Assembly: GCA_047285805.1 (NCBI GenBank)
Contig: JBJBCN010000002.1
Span: forward strand, 288,001-352,000
Length of the DNA: 64,000 bases
Direction: 5' to 3'
From: Synechococcus sp.
Lineage (GTDB): Bacteria > Cyanobacteriota > Cyanobacteriia > PCC-6307 > Cyanobiaceae
Under the pieces are notes generated by a model. It searched no databases, had not been told where the DNA came from, and was given only the letters and a program-made list of their open reading frames with translations. Below, piece by piece: positions 17,191-28,279 of the stretch. Position numbers and translations under genes: made by a program. Each line of letters opens with the position of its first letter. Position 1 is the stretch's first letter.

Positions 17191-17915
17191 GCCAGCGTTC
17201 GCTCTAGCCAGTTCTCCAGTACCTCGGCCAGGGGACCTGGTGCACTGCGCATTGGCAGGTGCCCTTCTCCGGCTAACTCGTGCATTTCAGCGCCGCTGGC
17301 GTAGCCGGCGAGATGGCGCACGTACCGCGGCTCCATCACCGTGTCCTTGCTCCCCACCACCCAGAGGCTGGGCACCGTCAGCTGGCTGGCGAGCGCCGGC
17401 AATTGGCGCACGGCTCCGCTCTGCATGCTGCAGGCCAGTAGCCCCCGGGCGGCGCGTAATTCCGCCACCAGCGGGCTGCGAATGGCTTCGGTGCCAGGCA
17501 GTTGCGCCAGCCAGGTCGGGCGCCAACGCAAAAACGTGGCGCCGCCATTGCGCACCATCCGAAACGGCCGCGGCTGATAGACCCCGCCGCCCGAGGCGAT
17601 CTGGATAATGCCTCGCAGCTGCCCCCCGAGCTGGGGGGCGGCATGCAGCACCAGGCTTCCCCCCAGAGAATGGCCGATCAGCACGATTGGTCGCCCCTGG
17701 GCCCGCTCCCGTGCCGCTTCGGCGAGCCAACGGCCGTAGCTGACCAAGTTGGTGCGGAGCTCCTTCGGGCGTGGGCGTTGGCCAAAGCCCGGCAGATCCG
17801 GGGTCCAGCAGTCCCAGCGCGGCTCCAGAGCTTGGGTCAGGGGCTCCCAGAGCCGCCCTGAGAGCAGCCAGCCGTGCACGCCAACCAGCAGAGGTGCCGC
17901 GTTCAGGGATCCCAA
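17187..17915 (-). CDS. alpha/beta fold hydrolase
   Basis: HGW, DLPGFG, GHSLGG nucleophile elbow. Confidence 0.9.
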   Translation of the reverse strand: MGSLNAAPLLVGVHGWLLSGRLWEPLTQALEPRWDCWTPDLPGFGQRPRPKELRTNLVSYGRWLAEAARERAQGRPIVLIGHSLGGSLVLHAAPQLGGQLRGIIQIASGGGVYQPRPFRMVRNGGATFLRWRPTWLAQLPGTEAIRSPLVAELRAARGLLACSMQSGAVRQLPALASQLTVPSLWVVGSKDTVMEPRYVRHLAGYASGAEMHELAGEGHLPMRSAPGPLAEVLENWLERTLA

Positions 17916-17955
17916 TGCAAGAAACGGACCCAGCCTGCATCAATGCGGTGACCTG

Positions 17956-18489
17956 GTGGGTCAAGATCAACCCAGCACTGGAGCGGGATCCGTTCTGATT
18001 GGTTCCACAGCCACCGAACTCGAGGAGCTCTACGGCCGGGACCATCGCGTGTGCGCGACGCCCCATGCGAAGGCCTCCCTGGTCTTGAGCCTGGAGCGGG
18101 AGATTGACCTCTACGAACTCGAACAGCTCACCGATGCGGTGGGCTGGAGCCGCCGTCCCCTGCGACGGGTGCGCAAGGCCCTGGAGAACAGCCTCCTGGT
18201 GGTGGCCCTCTGGCGCCATGACGCGCGTCTGCCGCGCCTGGTCGGATTTGCCCGCTGCACCGGCGATGGCGTGATCGAGGCCACCGTCTGGGACGTGGCG
18301 GTCCATCCCCATTATCAAGGGCTGGGCCTGGGTAAACAGCTGATGCAGTACGTCATTGAGCGGCTGCAGTTGATGCAGGTGGAGCGCATTAGCCTCTTCG
18401 CCGATCCAGGCGTGATCGAGTTCTACGGCGCCCAGGGCTGGGAGCTGGAACCCCAGAACCGTCGCTGCGCCTTCTGGTACGCCCCCTAG
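17956..18489 (+). CDS. GNAT acetyltransferase (Ycf52-like); start approximate
   Basis: VGWSRRP, DVAVHPHYQGLGLGK, FY..GW. Confidence 0.88.
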   Translation: MGQDQPSTGAGSVLIGSTATELEELYGRDHRVCATPHAKASLVLSLEREIDLYELEQLTDAVGWSRRPLRRVRKALENSLLVVALWRHDARLPRLVGFARCTGDGVIEATVWDVAVHPHYQGLGLGKQLMQYVIERLQLMQVERISLFADPGVIEFYGAQGWELEPQNRRCAFWYAP

Positions 18490-19172
18490 CGGTAGTAGCG
18501 CTGGGACAGCTCGTCCTCGGTGGCCCCCTGACGCCAAGCCCGCCGCAGGGAGGCATTACGTTGTGCCGTTTTCAGTACCCCATCCTGTCTCCAGCGGCGG
18601 CCATGGACCGCCAGCGGTAGGCCGAGAGGGCGGATCGGGGCCAGCGGTTGCAGCCGTTGGATCAGATCCAGGTCTTCCATCAGCGCAAGGGGGCGCATGC
18701 CGCCGGCCTGCTCGAGGAGTGCGCGTGGGAGCAGTAGCCCCTGATCGCCGTAGGGAAGGGTCCTTAGCTGGCAGCGCCAGTGGACGGCCCACTCGAGCAG
18801 CCGCAGGTTGAGGCCAGTAGCGGCGACCTGGAAGTCGAAGTACCAGGCGGCTGGTTCATCGGCCATGGCCCGCTCCACCCGCTTCCCCCACCCCGTGGGG
18901 AGTCGCGAATCGGCGTGTAACAGCAACAGCCAGGGAGCCGTTGCCGCCGTAATGCCGACCTGCAGTTGCCGTCCCCGGTTGGCAGCACTGCGCAGCACCT
19001 GGGCCCCAGCCCGTTGGGCGACCGCGGCGGTGTCTGGTTCAGGGCTGGAATCCACCACGATCGTCTCGCGCACCAGCCCGGTTGGTCCCTGCTGAAGGTC
19101 CGCCAGCAATAGGGGCAACCGCTCAGCCTCCATCAGCGTCGGGATGACCACCGCCAGGGAAGGCCGGCTCAT
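18486..19172 (-). CDS. family 2 glycosyltransferase (TIGR04283 type)
   Basis: VVIPTL.EA, LLLHADS, LPYGDQG, LMEDL. Confidence 0.9.
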   Translation of the reverse strand: MSRPSLAVVIPTLMEAERLPLLLADLQQGPTGLVRETIVVDSSPEPDTAAVAQRAGAQVLRSAANRGRQLQVGITAATAPWLLLLHADSRLPTGWGKRVERAMADEPAAWYFDFQVAATGLNLRLLEWAVHWRCQLRTLPYGDQGLLLPRALLEQAGGMRPLALMEDLDLIQRLQPLAPIRPLGLPLAVHGRRWRQDGVLKTAQRNASLRRAWRQGATEDELSQRYYR

Positions 19173-19831
19173 GGCGGCGGCAACTGGCAGCGCCACCAGT
19201 CCTCGAGGTCCTGGCCTTCGTCGAGATCCTTCTGCTCCCGCAGCAGCTGCACCGGCAAGGCGCGTTGGGCCGCCGCCGCCAAGCTGGCTTGCAGCACCTG
19301 GCCCGTTCCCCAGGGGATGCCACTCATGAGGTGGGCGCCGGCCCACTGGAATCCAGCGCGGTTCAGGCCAATCAACCAGTAGCCCCCATCGCAGGCGGGT
19401 CCGATCACCAGGGGTGCGCTCAGCAGGGCCTCGGCGGCCGATTCCAGGTCCTGGGTTTCCAGGCCAGGCAGGTCCGTGCCGATGACGAGTACCCGTTCAG
19501 CCCCCGCCTGAAAGGCCCGCTGTAGTTGCCGTTGCATGCGGCAGCCCAAATTGCCGCTCCCCTGCGCGCTCAACTGCGCGCCCGGTGCGATGGGTTGCAG
19601 CTGCAGCTGCCAGCGTCGAAGGCCGCGGGGGCCCAGTCCGTCGACGGCGACCTCCAGGCTGTGCTCGTGCCGCTGGCTCCAGCTGCCGCCCACTTGCAGG
19701 CTGTGCTGGGTGAGCCGGCATTGCACCTGGGTCGCGCTCCAACGACCTGTCTGGCGGGCCAGGCGGCTTTTGCAGCGGCCGGGGGCTGGCCAGCGGGCCA
19801 TGACCACCAGCGTCAACGGGGCACTGGCCAT
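19169..19831 (-). CDS. TIGR04282/DUF2064 glycosyltransferase-like protein
   Basis: MARWPAPGRCKSRL, IGTDLP, GPACDGGYWLIGL; overlaps its TIGR04283 partner. Confidence 0.9.
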   Translation of the reverse strand: MASAPLTLVVMARWPAPGRCKSRLARQTGRWSATQVQCRLTQHSLQVGGSWSQRHEHSLEVAVDGLGPRGLRRWQLQLQPIAPGAQLSAQGSGNLGCRMQRQLQRAFQAGAERVLVIGTDLPGLETQDLESAAEALLSAPLVIGPACDGGYWLIGLNRAGFQWAGAHLMSGIPWGTGQVLQASLAAAAQRALPVQLLREQKDLDEGQDLEDWWRCQLPPP

Positions 19832-19838
19832 TCCGCGC

Positions 19839-21032
19839 CTACTTTCCGCGCGGGAGTTCGGCGGGTTTGATCTGCAGGGTCAGGGTTCGTTCCTTGCGCT
19901 GGATCACGATCGCCAGGTTCTGGCCGACCCGGCCCTGGTCCACTGCGACCTGCACTTCAGAGGGGTTCTTCACGGGTTTGCCCCCAACCTGCTCGATCAG
20001 GTCACAGGCGCGCATGCCTCCCTTGGCGGCCGGGCTGCCTGGGATGACCTCCACGACGACGACCCCCTTGGTTTCCGGCAGGCGGCATTCGGCATCAGTA
20101 GCATTCACTTCCCGGGCCAGCTGGGGGGTAAGGGCCTGCAGGCGTACGCCGATATACGGATGGGAGGCTTGGCCGCGATCCAGGATTTGAGCGGCAATCT
20201 GGCGCCCAAGGTTGATCGGGATGGCAAAGCTCAGGCCCGCCCCTGGGGCCTGTCGGATGGCGGTGTTGATCCCAATGACCTGGCCCCGGTCATTGATCAA
20301 GGGGCCGCCGCTGTTGCCGGGGTTCACGGCCGCGTCGGTCTGGATGTAGGGGACCCGCTGCCCTTCGCCGAGGGCATTAGTCCGCTGTACGGCACTGATG
20401 ATGCCCAAGGTGACGGTGTTGTCGAGGCCGAGGGGGTTGCCAATCGCAATCGCCCATTCGCCCGGCCGCACGCTTTTGGAGTTGCCCAGGGGGGCTACCG
20501 GCAGGTTGGCGGCAGCCACCTTGACCACGGCGACATCGGTGATCGGGTCGGAGCCCAGCACCTTGCCTTTGAAGTTGCGCCCATCGGGCAGCGTCACGCC
20601 GACTTCATTGGTGCCCTCCACCACGTGGGCGTTGGTCAGGATCACCCCGTCCGAGCGGGTGATGAAGCCCGAGCCTTGCCCCTGCTGTTGCTGGACCGAC
20701 GGGCCGCTGCCAAAGAGTCCCCCCATCGGGTTGACCACCCGCCGCACCGTGTCGATGCGCACCACCGCCGGTCCCACTTTGTCGACGGCGTTGACCACAA
20801 AGCTTTTGCCCCCAGGCAGCGGAGCAGCAGCGGGGGCATCACTGACTTGAGCAGGATCACTGCCCTTGCCACTACTCCAGCTGGGCAGACGCAGCCCGGT
20901 GCCGTTGCAGCCGCTTAATCCCACGCCGAGCAGCAGGCAACCCAAGGCGACCTGGGGGCGAACGCCATGCATCAAACGGGTCATGCTGCGCGCGGGCGTG
21001 GGGCAGGTGTTCAGGCGCATCATCGGAGACAC
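19839..21032 (-). CDS. htrA: HtrA/DegQ serine protease with PDZ domain
   Basis: GSGF, TNAHVV, TDAAVNPGNSGGPL; lipobox-like LSGC. Confidence 0.93.
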   Translation of the reverse strand: MSPMMRLNTCPTPARSMTRLMHGVRPQVALGCLLLGVGLSGCNGTGLRLPSWSSGKGSDPAQVSDAPAAAPLPGGKSFVVNAVDKVGPAVVRIDTVRRVVNPMGGLFGSGPSVQQQQGQGSGFITRSDGVILTNAHVVEGTNEVGVTLPDGRNFKGKVLGSDPITDVAVVKVAAANLPVAPLGNSKSVRPGEWAIAIGNPLGLDNTVTLGIISAVQRTNALGEGQRVPYIQTDAAVNPGNSGGPLINDRGQVIGINTAIRQAPGAGLSFAIPINLGRQIAAQILDRGQASHPYIGVRLQALTPQLAREVNATDAECRLPETKGVVVVEVIPGSPAAKGGMRACDLIEQVGGKPVKNPSEVQVAVDQGRVGQNLAIVIQRKERTLTLQIKPAELPRGK

Positions 21033-21077
21033 TGCCCTGAGAGACCACCCCTATATTCATGAACCCCAGGTGATGAC

Positions 21078-22484
21078 GTGACGGTGCAGCAGGGAGAAAC
21101 GCTGTGGCGTCACGTTCAGGCAGCACTCCAAGGGAACCTCTCCAAGCCCACCTTTGAGACCTGGATCCGTCCAGCGACCTGTGCCGCACTCCAGGGCAAC
21201 GAACTTCAGCTCCTCGCCCCCAACACCTTTGCCTGCGGCTGGCTGCGCAAGAACTACCTGAGCACCATCGCGGCGGTCGCCAGCGAGATCGCCGGTCGGT
21301 CGATCGCGGTCAGCGTGGAAGCCGGCGGCGAATCGGCCCAGGGCATCACCTTGAACGGTCAGCCCCCCACCACCGCCGGCGTGGACGCCGCCCCCGGCAC
21401 TCCCGCTCCCCAGCAACGCACCGCCACGGGCGAAGCCCCGCGCAAGTTGGCTCCGGGCCTGAACCCCCGCTACGTCTTCAACCGCTTTGTGGTCGGGCCG
21501 AACAGCCGCATGCCCCATGCGGCGGCCCTCGCCGTTGCCGAATCCCCCGGCCGTGAATTCAATCCCCTCTTCATCTGCGGTGGCGTTGGTCTGGGCAAGA
21601 CCCACCTGATGCAGGCCATCGGTCACTACCGCCTTGAGATTGACCCTGACGCCCGCGTCGCCTACGTCAGCACCGAGACCTTCACCAACGATCTAATCCA
21701 AGCCATCCGCAAGGACGGCATGCAGAAATTCCGGGACCGCTACCGGGCCGCCGATCTTATCCTCGTGGATGACATTCAGTTCATTGAAGGCAAGGAATAC
21801 ACCCAAGAAGAGTTCTTCCATACCTTCAATGCCCTGCATGAAGCCGGGCGCCAGATCGTCATCGCCAGCGATCGCCCCCCCAGCCAAATTCCCCGGCTGC
21901 AGGAGCGCTTGATCTCACGCTTCTCGATGGGCCTCATCGCCGACATCCAGACCCCGGATCTGGAAACACGGATGGCGATCCTGCACAAAAAGGCTGAGCA
22001 CGAGCGGGTCAGCCTGCCCCGGGACTTAATCCAATACCTGGCGGGTCGCTTCACATCCAACATCCGTGAACTTGAGGGTGCCCTGACCCGTGCCGTCGCC
22101 TTCGCCTCTATCACGGGCCTACCAATGACTGTGGAATCGGTCGCGCCGATGCTCGATCCCGCGGGCGTCGAGGTCGAGGTGACCCCTGAGCAAGTCCTTA
22201 GCAAGGTGGCCGAGGTCTTTGGTGTCGGCGTCGATGAAATGAAGAGCGCCAGCCGCAAACGGGCCGTCAGCCAAGCCCGTCAGGTGGGCATGTATCTGAT
22301 GCGTCAGGGCACCAACCTCTCCCTACCGCGCATTGGCGATGCCTTTGGTGGAAAAGATCACTCCACGGTGATGTACGCCGTCGAGCAAACCGAGAAGAAG
22401 CTTGCGGCGGATCCCCAGCTGGGTCGCCAGGTGCAGCATGTGCGCGATCTGCTGCAGATCGACTCCCGCCGCCGCACCCGCTAG
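21078..22484 (+). CDS. dnaA: chromosomal replication initiator DnaA
   Basis: [30 protein letters not shown]. Confidence 0.98.
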   Translation: MTVQQGETLWRHVQAALQGNLSKPTFETWIRPATCAALQGNELQLLAPNTFACGWLRKNYLSTIAAVASEIAGRSIAVSVEAGGESAQGITLNGQPPTTAGVDAAPGTPAPQQRTATGEAPRKLAPGLNPRYVFNRFVVGPNSRMPHAAALAVAESPGREFNPLFICGGVGLGKTHLMQAIGHYRLEIDPDARVAYVSTETFTNDLIQAIRKDGMQKFRDRYRAADLILVDDIQFIEGKEYTQEEFFHTFNALHEAGRQIVIASDRPPSQIPRLQERLISRFSMGLIADIQTPDLETRMAILHKKAEHERVSLPRDLIQYLAGRFTSNIRELEGALTRAVAFASITGLPMTVESVAPMLDPAGVEVEVTPEQVLSKVAEVFGVGVDEMKSASRKRAVSQARQVGMYLMRQGTNLSLPRIGDAFGGKDHSTVMYAVEQTEKKLAADPQLGRQVQHVRDLLQIDSRRRTR

Positions 22485-22487
22485 GCG

Positions 22488-23435
22488 TTAACCGGTAATC
22501 GGCTCACTGGGGTCGAGGCCTTCGACTTCACCGGAGAAGACGCGGCTGGCGGCTATGTCATCCGCTTCGATCGTCATCAGATCCAGCTTGGTGAGCTGAC
22601 TGCTGTTCATCCAATTGAACAGACGATTGGCCTGGCGCATCCGTGCACGATCGATCGCATTGCGAATGGAGCGGGCATTGGCAAAGAACGGCAGTTGCAT
22701 GCGCCGATCGATGTAATCCGCGAAGGCCGCCAGGGCCTCATCGCTGAAGCGGTAGTTCTCCTCCGCGAGGATCAACCGGGCAATCGCGAGCAGCTCGGTC
22801 GCGCTGTAATCCGGGAAATCAATGTGATTGGCGACCCGGGAGGACAGGCCTGGATTGCTTTGGTAAAAGACATCCATGCGCTCCTTGTAGCCCGCAAAGA
22901 TGACGACGAGATCATCGCGGTTGTTCTCCATCACCTGAAGCAGGATCTCGATCGCCTCCGCGCCATAGTCCCGCTCGTTCTCAGGGCGATAGAGGTAATA
23001 GGCCTCGTCGATGAACAGCACCCCGCCCATCGCTTTTTTGAGCATCTCCCGCGTTTTCGGTGCGGTGTGGCCGATGTATTGCCCGACCAGATCATCCCGG
23101 GTGGCAGTGACCACATGGCCTTTGCGTACGTAGCCGAGCTTGTGCAGGATTTGCGACATTCGCTTGGCCACGGTCGTCTTGCCCGTGCCCGGCCTACCCG
23201 TGAAGGACATGTGCAGGCTGGGGGCCGTCGTGGAGAGCCCTACCTGCTTGCGTGCGCGATCGACGACCAGCAGGGCCGCGATTTCACGGATCCGCGTTTT
23301 GACAGGTTTGAGGCCGATCAGCTCCTGGTCGAGTTGATCGAGAACGTCCTGGACCTCGGCCCCTTCGTAGGCGGCCTGGAGATCAACCGGCGTGCTGTCG
23401 GGCTGCTCAGACGAGGCCATCGATGGCAGCGGCAA
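22488..23435 (-). CDS. cbbX: CbbX Rubisco activase-type AAA+ ATPase
   Basis: [28 protein letters not shown]. Confidence 0.96.
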   Translation of the reverse strand: MPLPSMASSEQPDSTPVDLQAAYEGAEVQDVLDQLDQELIGLKPVKTRIREIAALLVVDRARKQVGLSTTAPSLHMSFTGRPGTGKTTVAKRMSQILHKLGYVRKGHVVTATRDDLVGQYIGHTAPKTREMLKKAMGGVLFIDEAYYLYRPENERDYGAEAIEILLQVMENNRDDLVVIFAGYKERMDVFYQSNPGLSSRVANHIDFPDYSATELLAIARLILAEENYRFSDEALAAFADYIDRRMQLPFFANARSIRNAIDRARMRQANRLFNWMNSSQLTKLDLMTIEADDIAASRVFSGEVEGLDPSEPITG

Positions 23436-23661
23436 AGGCGTGGTCAGCCTCGCCGATGCTGCCCCCCTCCTCTTCGGGCCGCAGGGTGATGTTCACGTAT
23501 GTACGCCCAAAACTGATGTCGGGGTAGCGCCCTTCCTGCTCGCAGAAGTCGTTGAGGCGATCGAGAAAGGCCCTATTGCCTGCGTAGTCTTCGAATTCAA
23601 TCCGCCGCTCCAGCCACTCGACGCGATCGGGCTTGGGCCGGGGGTTCCAAAGATGATCCAT
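23407..23661 (-). CDS. pterin dehydratase-like Rubisco assembly factor (acRAF)
   Basis: [21 protein letters not shown]; located in the cso locus. Confidence 0.85.
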   Translation of the reverse strand: MDHLWNPRPKPDRVEWLERRIEFEDYAGNRAFLDRLNDFCEQEGRYPDISFGRTYVNITLRPEEEGGSIGEADHAFAAAIDGLV

Positions 23662-23670
23662 GGTTTGAAC

Positions 23671-24813
23671 CTACGCCGCGAGGCAGTCGGTCCGGCCAAT
23701 GACCAGCCGCGCTGCCCAAGAGGCGGCGTAGGCCCGGTTGGCCTCCTGTTCCTCCGGGTTACTGGTGTTCAAGGCATGGGGCATAGTGCCGCTGATGGCC
23801 GCGTTGGTAACGCAGAACATCGACTTCTGGAAGCTGCGGCAGATCTTTTCGCGTACATCCCCCTCGCCTCGGGTGCGCTCCCAGTACCACTTGTGCAGGC
23901 GCTGTGGCAGATGGCGGTACATGTCCTGCATCAGTAGGCTCGGCGGAACCCCCGCACCCATCGTGGGCAGGGGATCAGCGTAGAGAGCGCCGTAGGTGAA
24001 GGTCGCCTGGTCCGGTGAGATCTGCTGGGCCTGGGCGTTGTAGCTGACGGTGCCAAGGAAGGGCATGCCCCGCAGGAAGACCGCTTCGACGTAGGGCACT
24101 GCCACATCCACCAAGAAGGTGAGCTTGGCCTCGGGCGGCAAGATCCAGAACTGTTCCCCGCCGATCTTCACGCCATATTCGATCGGGTTGGCTGCGGCGG
24201 CCACCAGTCCCTGTTTGATGAAGTCGACCACATCCGGGATCGAGCGCACAGCGCCAGAGTGCTCGGCCTTGGCCAGATCGATAAACAAATCGCTCATCAC
24301 ACGCCAGAACTGACCGAGGGCATGGGTCGTGGCGGCGTTGCGGATCAGTTCACTCAGGAAATCCGGGAAGAGCGGATGCAGGATCGCCAGCAGCGGGTCG
24401 CGCCGGCGCTTGGCGGCGATGATCGCTTTGCAGTTCTCGTCGAAGGCCTCACTATCGAAGTAGGCATCCATTCCGCCGGTGGCATGCCAGAGCATGCCTT
24501 TCATGCAGTACTCGGCGTACTCGAAGTTGATCCGGTCGTGGTTGAGGTGGCGCCAGATCTTCGCGGGGCTGAGGTCCCCGTCGAGGTACTTGAAGATCGG
24601 GAATGGATTAAGGAACTGATGTTCCCCTTGGTAGATCAGGTTCTTGCTATAGGCATCGAGCACTTCGCCATAGCTCTCGAGCACATCGACCACCTCGATG
24701 AGATGATCGGGGGTATCGCTCAGGAGGGTCTCACCGCCGAGCAGCTTGGCGGTGATCTGCTCGGTGTCGAGGCCGGGATTGCTGTGAACCAGCTCGGCAG
24801 GAATAACAGGCAT
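23671..24813 (-). CDS. cupB: CO2 hydration protein CupB/ChpX
   Basis: HDRINFEYAEYC, GTVSYNAQA; 380 aa fits CupB better than the longer CupA. Confidence 0.88.
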   Translation of the reverse strand: MPVIPAELVHSNPGLDTEQITAKLLGGETLLSDTPDHLIEVVDVLESYGEVLDAYSKNLIYQGEHQFLNPFPIFKYLDGDLSPAKIWRHLNHDRINFEYAEYCMKGMLWHATGGMDAYFDSEAFDENCKAIIAAKRRRDPLLAILHPLFPDFLSELIRNAATTHALGQFWRVMSDLFIDLAKAEHSGAVRSIPDVVDFIKQGLVAAAANPIEYGVKIGGEQFWILPPEAKLTFLVDVAVPYVEAVFLRGMPFLGTVSYNAQAQQISPDQATFTYGALYADPLPTMGAGVPPSLLMQDMYRHLPQRLHKWYWERTRGEGDVREKICRSFQKSMFCVTNAAISGTMPHALNTSNPEEQEANRAYAASWAARLVIGRTDCLAA

Positions 24814-24814
24814 T

Positions 24815-26323
24815 TCAGCTCACTCCCATCGATTGCAGGGCTAAGGCGGTGATCGAGTTCTCGCTCAGGTAGCTGAGGCCAAACGGTAAGAGGCCAAGTC
24901 CAACAATCGCTGCCGCTAGGGCGATGGCCGGATAGGTCTCCCTCGGAGCAACCGGTGCCAGTTGTACGTCCAAGCGTGCGTCCTTTATCGGGTCGTCGCT
25001 GTCCGGGGTAATCGAGAGACGGCCGAAGAAGGCACGGTTCACCAGTAGCAGGAAGTAAACAGCCGTCAGACCCGAGCCAACCATCGAGAGAAGGGTGGCG
25101 ACAGGGAAGGCCGCGATGCTGCCGCGGAACACCAGGAACTCGGAGATGAAACCAGCCATGCCCGGCAAGCCAGCGCTGGCCATGACCGCCAGGATCATCA
25201 GGGTTCCGGTCAAGGGGAGACCCTTCTCTGGACTCAACAAACCATGGAGGACCTTTAGATCGCGGGTGCCGGTCTTGCGGTAGACGATTCCCACCAGCAG
25301 GAACAGGAGAGCCGAAATCAGACCGTGGGCCACCATCTGAAAGACGGCTCCAAGCAAGCTGATCGGAGTATTGGCTGCGGCAGCTAAGAGCACATAACCC
25401 ATGTGGCCGACCGAGCTGAAGGCCACCATCCGTTTCATGTCGGTCTGAGCGATGGCGGCCAGGGAGCCATAGAGCACGGAGATGGCCGCCCAGATGGCCA
25501 ATCCCGGGGCGAGTTCAGCCCAAGCTTCCGGGAAGAGCTGGAGGCCAAAGCGCAGTAGGCCATAGGTGCCGAGTTTCAGCAGCACACCCGCTAGCAGTAC
25601 AGAGACCGGCGTGGCTGCCTGGGTGTGGGCATCCGGCAGCCAGTTGTGCAGGGGCACCAGGGGTATCTTGATGCCAAAGCCCAGCAGGATCGCCACCAGT
25701 AGAACGATTTGACCGCCCATGGCCAGGCGATCGGAGAGGACCGGGGTGATGCTGAAGTCGACGCTACCGGTAAGCAGGGCTAAGCCCAGGAAGGCGCCGA
25801 GGATCAACATCCCGGAGATGGCCGTGAAGATCAGAAACTTCGTGGCGGCATAAGTCCTGTTCGCTCCGCCCCAAACCGAGATGAGCAGCCAGAGCGGGAT
25901 CAGCTCCAGCTCATAGAAGAGGAAAAAGAGAAGCAGGTTGTCGGCGATGAACGCGCCATTCACGGCACCGCTGATCAGCAGCAGCATCGCGAAATAAATC
26001 CGCGGCCTTCGTTCGATATCACGGGTGATGACAGCCGAAACCAAGGTCAGGGCGGCATTGATCAGCACCAACGGCAGGGAGAGGCCGTCGATCCCGAGGG
26101 AATAATCCAGACCGATGCCCGGTAGCCAGCTGTGGAATTCCTTCAGCTGCATCCCGGCAATGCTGGGATCGAACTGGACGGTGATCACCAGGCTGGCCAC
26201 CAGCTGGACCACAAGGATGGCGATCGTGATTAGGCGCAGCCGTCCTAGGGGTTGGTCCCCAGGCCAGAGCAGCAGGACGGCGGTCCCCAGGAAGGGGATC
26301 AGAAGTAGAGAACTCAGCAACAT
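24815..26323 (-). CDS. ndhD4: NDH-1 subunit D4 (CO2 uptake)
   Basis: NuoM family motifs (PLHNWLPDAH, LKLGTYG); operon with cupB. Confidence 0.88.
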   Translation of the reverse strand: MLLSSLLLIPFLGTAVLLLWPGDQPLGRLRLITIAILVVQLVASLVITVQFDPSIAGMQLKEFHSWLPGIGLDYSLGIDGLSLPLVLINAALTLVSAVITRDIERRPRIYFAMLLLISGAVNGAFIADNLLLFFLFYELELIPLWLLISVWGGANRTYAATKFLIFTAISGMLILGAFLGLALLTGSVDFSITPVLSDRLAMGGQIVLLVAILLGFGIKIPLVPLHNWLPDAHTQAATPVSVLLAGVLLKLGTYGLLRFGLQLFPEAWAELAPGLAIWAAISVLYGSLAAIAQTDMKRMVAFSSVGHMGYVLLAAAANTPISLLGAVFQMVAHGLISALLFLLVGIVYRKTGTRDLKVLHGLLSPEKGLPLTGTLMILAVMASAGLPGMAGFISEFLVFRGSIAAFPVATLLSMVGSGLTAVYFLLLVNRAFFGRLSITPDSDDPIKDARLDVQLAPVAPRETYPAIALAAAIVGLGLLPFGLSYLSENSITALALQSMGVS

Positions 26324-26326
26324 CGA

Positions 26327-28186
26327 TTAACCTCCCCGTCCGAGCTGGAGCACACCGAGCAGCAAGACAATCGCCAGCAAAACCGTGAGCACATAGCTCT
26401 GGCTCTTGCCGCTTACGCTGAGCTTGAGTCCATTGGCTGTGGCCATCGAGAGGTTGCCGACACTATCGGCCATGGCCTTGATCACCTTCAGGTCAACCCA
26501 ACGGGTTAATTGCGCGAGGTTGGCCACGAGGCTGACCACCGTGCGCTTGTAGATCTCAGGTGTGTAGAAGTCGTAGGCCAGCAGGTCCTGCAGGGTTCGA
26601 ATCCACGGCGTTGTGGAACGGGACCAGAACTGATTGAGAGGAACGAGAGCTCCAATCACCACGCCGACCAGACCGGAGACCGAGACCACAACGGCCACCG
26701 GAATACTGAAGGAAGCGATCCCTGGTACGGGATCGATGCGCTGCATCATCGCGGGCAGCAACAGGACGATCACGCTCAGGCTGACCATTGGCAGGGCCAT
26801 CAACCAGTTGACCTCAGGCGCACGCTTGGTCTTCGGCAGGGGTTGGCCAAGGAACAAGGAGCGATAGACACGGGTGGAGTTCGTGGCTGTGAGCAGATTC
26901 GTGAGCAAGAACACCAACGCAAAGCCCGGGGCCCGGTCCTGGAGGCTGTTGACCATGAGGCCGTAGCACCAGAAGGATCCCAGGGGCAGGAGTCCAACTA
27001 CACCGGCGCTGCCGATGATGAAGGCCAAGGATGTGGCTGGCATGCGGGTGCCGATCCCGCCCAGTTCGGTCAGGTCCTGACAGTTGGTGGTGGCGATGAT
27101 GCTTCCAACGCCCATGAATTGCAGTGCTCGGGCCAGGCCATGGGCAAAAAGTAAGAGCAGAGCAATGCCGGGCAGCTGGAGGGCGATTGCGATGAAGACA
27201 AGACCCAGATATGAGGTTGTCGAATAACTGAAGACGCGTTTGAGGTCGACCTGGGCCAGGGAGACCAGCGCGCCGCCAATTGCACTGATCGCTCCCACCG
27301 TCAACAACACGTCTGTTGCAACGGGAGAGAGCCGAACGATCGGCATCAGCTTCATGAGCACAATCGCGCCGCAGGTCACCACGACGGAATTCCTCAGGAT
27401 TGAGGCCGGGTTCGGTCCTTCCATGGCTTCATCGAGCCAGAGGTGCATTGGGAATTGGGCACATTTGCCCATCGGACCTGCGATCAGACCCAGACCCAGC
27501 AGGCTGATGCCGACCGGTCCGAGGGCACCAGTTCCTTTGAGGTTGCCGGCCCAGTCATAGAGGTCGGTGAACTCCATCGAACCTGCAAAGGCTGAGAGTG
27601 CGACCACCCCCATCAACAACAGAACATCACCAACGCGTTTAGTCAGGAAGGCGTCGCGGGCGGCGGTCACGACCAAGGGCTGGGCGTACCAGAACCCCAC
27701 CAGCAGGTAGGTCGAGAGAGTGAGCATTTCCAGGAGGAAATAGCTCATAAAAAGGTTGCTGCTGAGAACCACACCGCTCATGGCCCCTTCGAAGAAACCG
27801 ATCAGGGCGTAGAAGCGGGCCAAGGACCACTCTTTATCGAGGTAGCCCAGGGCATAGACCTGGCAGATCAGGCTCATCGTCGTGACGAACTCCAGCGCAG
27901 CCAGGTTCGTCAGCGAGAGATCGAAGCCAATGCGCAAATTCAAGTCAGCGGCCTGGAACCAGGCCACATCGACATGCTGCGGTCCGATCTCGTAGACCGA
28001 GCGGATTACCAGGCTGCCGTGGATAACGGCGAACAACGTGACCAGAAGATTGAGGTAAGCCGCCGGACGGGGCCCGTTTCGCTTGATCCAACCCGTCGCC
28101 CAGGGCAACGACAGGAGCATCCCACTGAACCCGTAGATCGGGATCAGCCAGATCAGTTGCAGGGGGAGGGGTAGAGCGGCGCTCAA
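26327..28186 (-). CDS. ndhF4: NDH-1 subunit F4 (CO2 uptake)
   Basis: GPRPAAY, GKCAQFPMHLWLDEAMEGP. Confidence 0.88.
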   Translation of the reverse strand: MSAALPLPLQLIWLIPIYGFSGMLLSLPWATGWIKRNGPRPAAYLNLLVTLFAVIHGSLVIRSVYEIGPQHVDVAWFQAADLNLRIGFDLSLTNLAALEFVTTMSLICQVYALGYLDKEWSLARFYALIGFFEGAMSGVVLSSNLFMSYFLLEMLTLSTYLLVGFWYAQPLVVTAARDAFLTKRVGDVLLLMGVVALSAFAGSMEFTDLYDWAGNLKGTGALGPVGISLLGLGLIAGPMGKCAQFPMHLWLDEAMEGPNPASILRNSVVVTCGAIVLMKLMPIVRLSPVATDVLLTVGAISAIGGALVSLAQVDLKRVFSYSTTSYLGLVFIAIALQLPGIALLLLFAHGLARALQFMGVGSIIATTNCQDLTELGGIGTRMPATSLAFIIGSAGVVGLLPLGSFWCYGLMVNSLQDRAPGFALVFLLTNLLTATNSTRVYRSLFLGQPLPKTKRAPEVNWLMALPMVSLSVIVLLLPAMMQRIDPVPGIASFSIPVAVVVSVSGLVGVVIGALVPLNQFWSRSTTPWIRTLQDLLAYDFYTPEIYKRTVVSLVANLAQLTRWVDLKVIKAMADSVGNLSMATANGLKLSVSGKSQSYVLTVLLAIVLLLGVLQLGRGG

Positions 28187-28279
28187 ACTGATTAAGAATT
28201 GGGCCGCCGAAAGCGGCTTCGGCGGCGGAATCTAGGCGCTTCTGATGCCAGTTGACGAACCCAGAAGCACTGAAGCAAC

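Noticed and set aside
21033..21077. oriC next to dnaA
   Set aside because: Flanking spacers are very short and show no DnaA-box cluster; dnaN is not adjacent.
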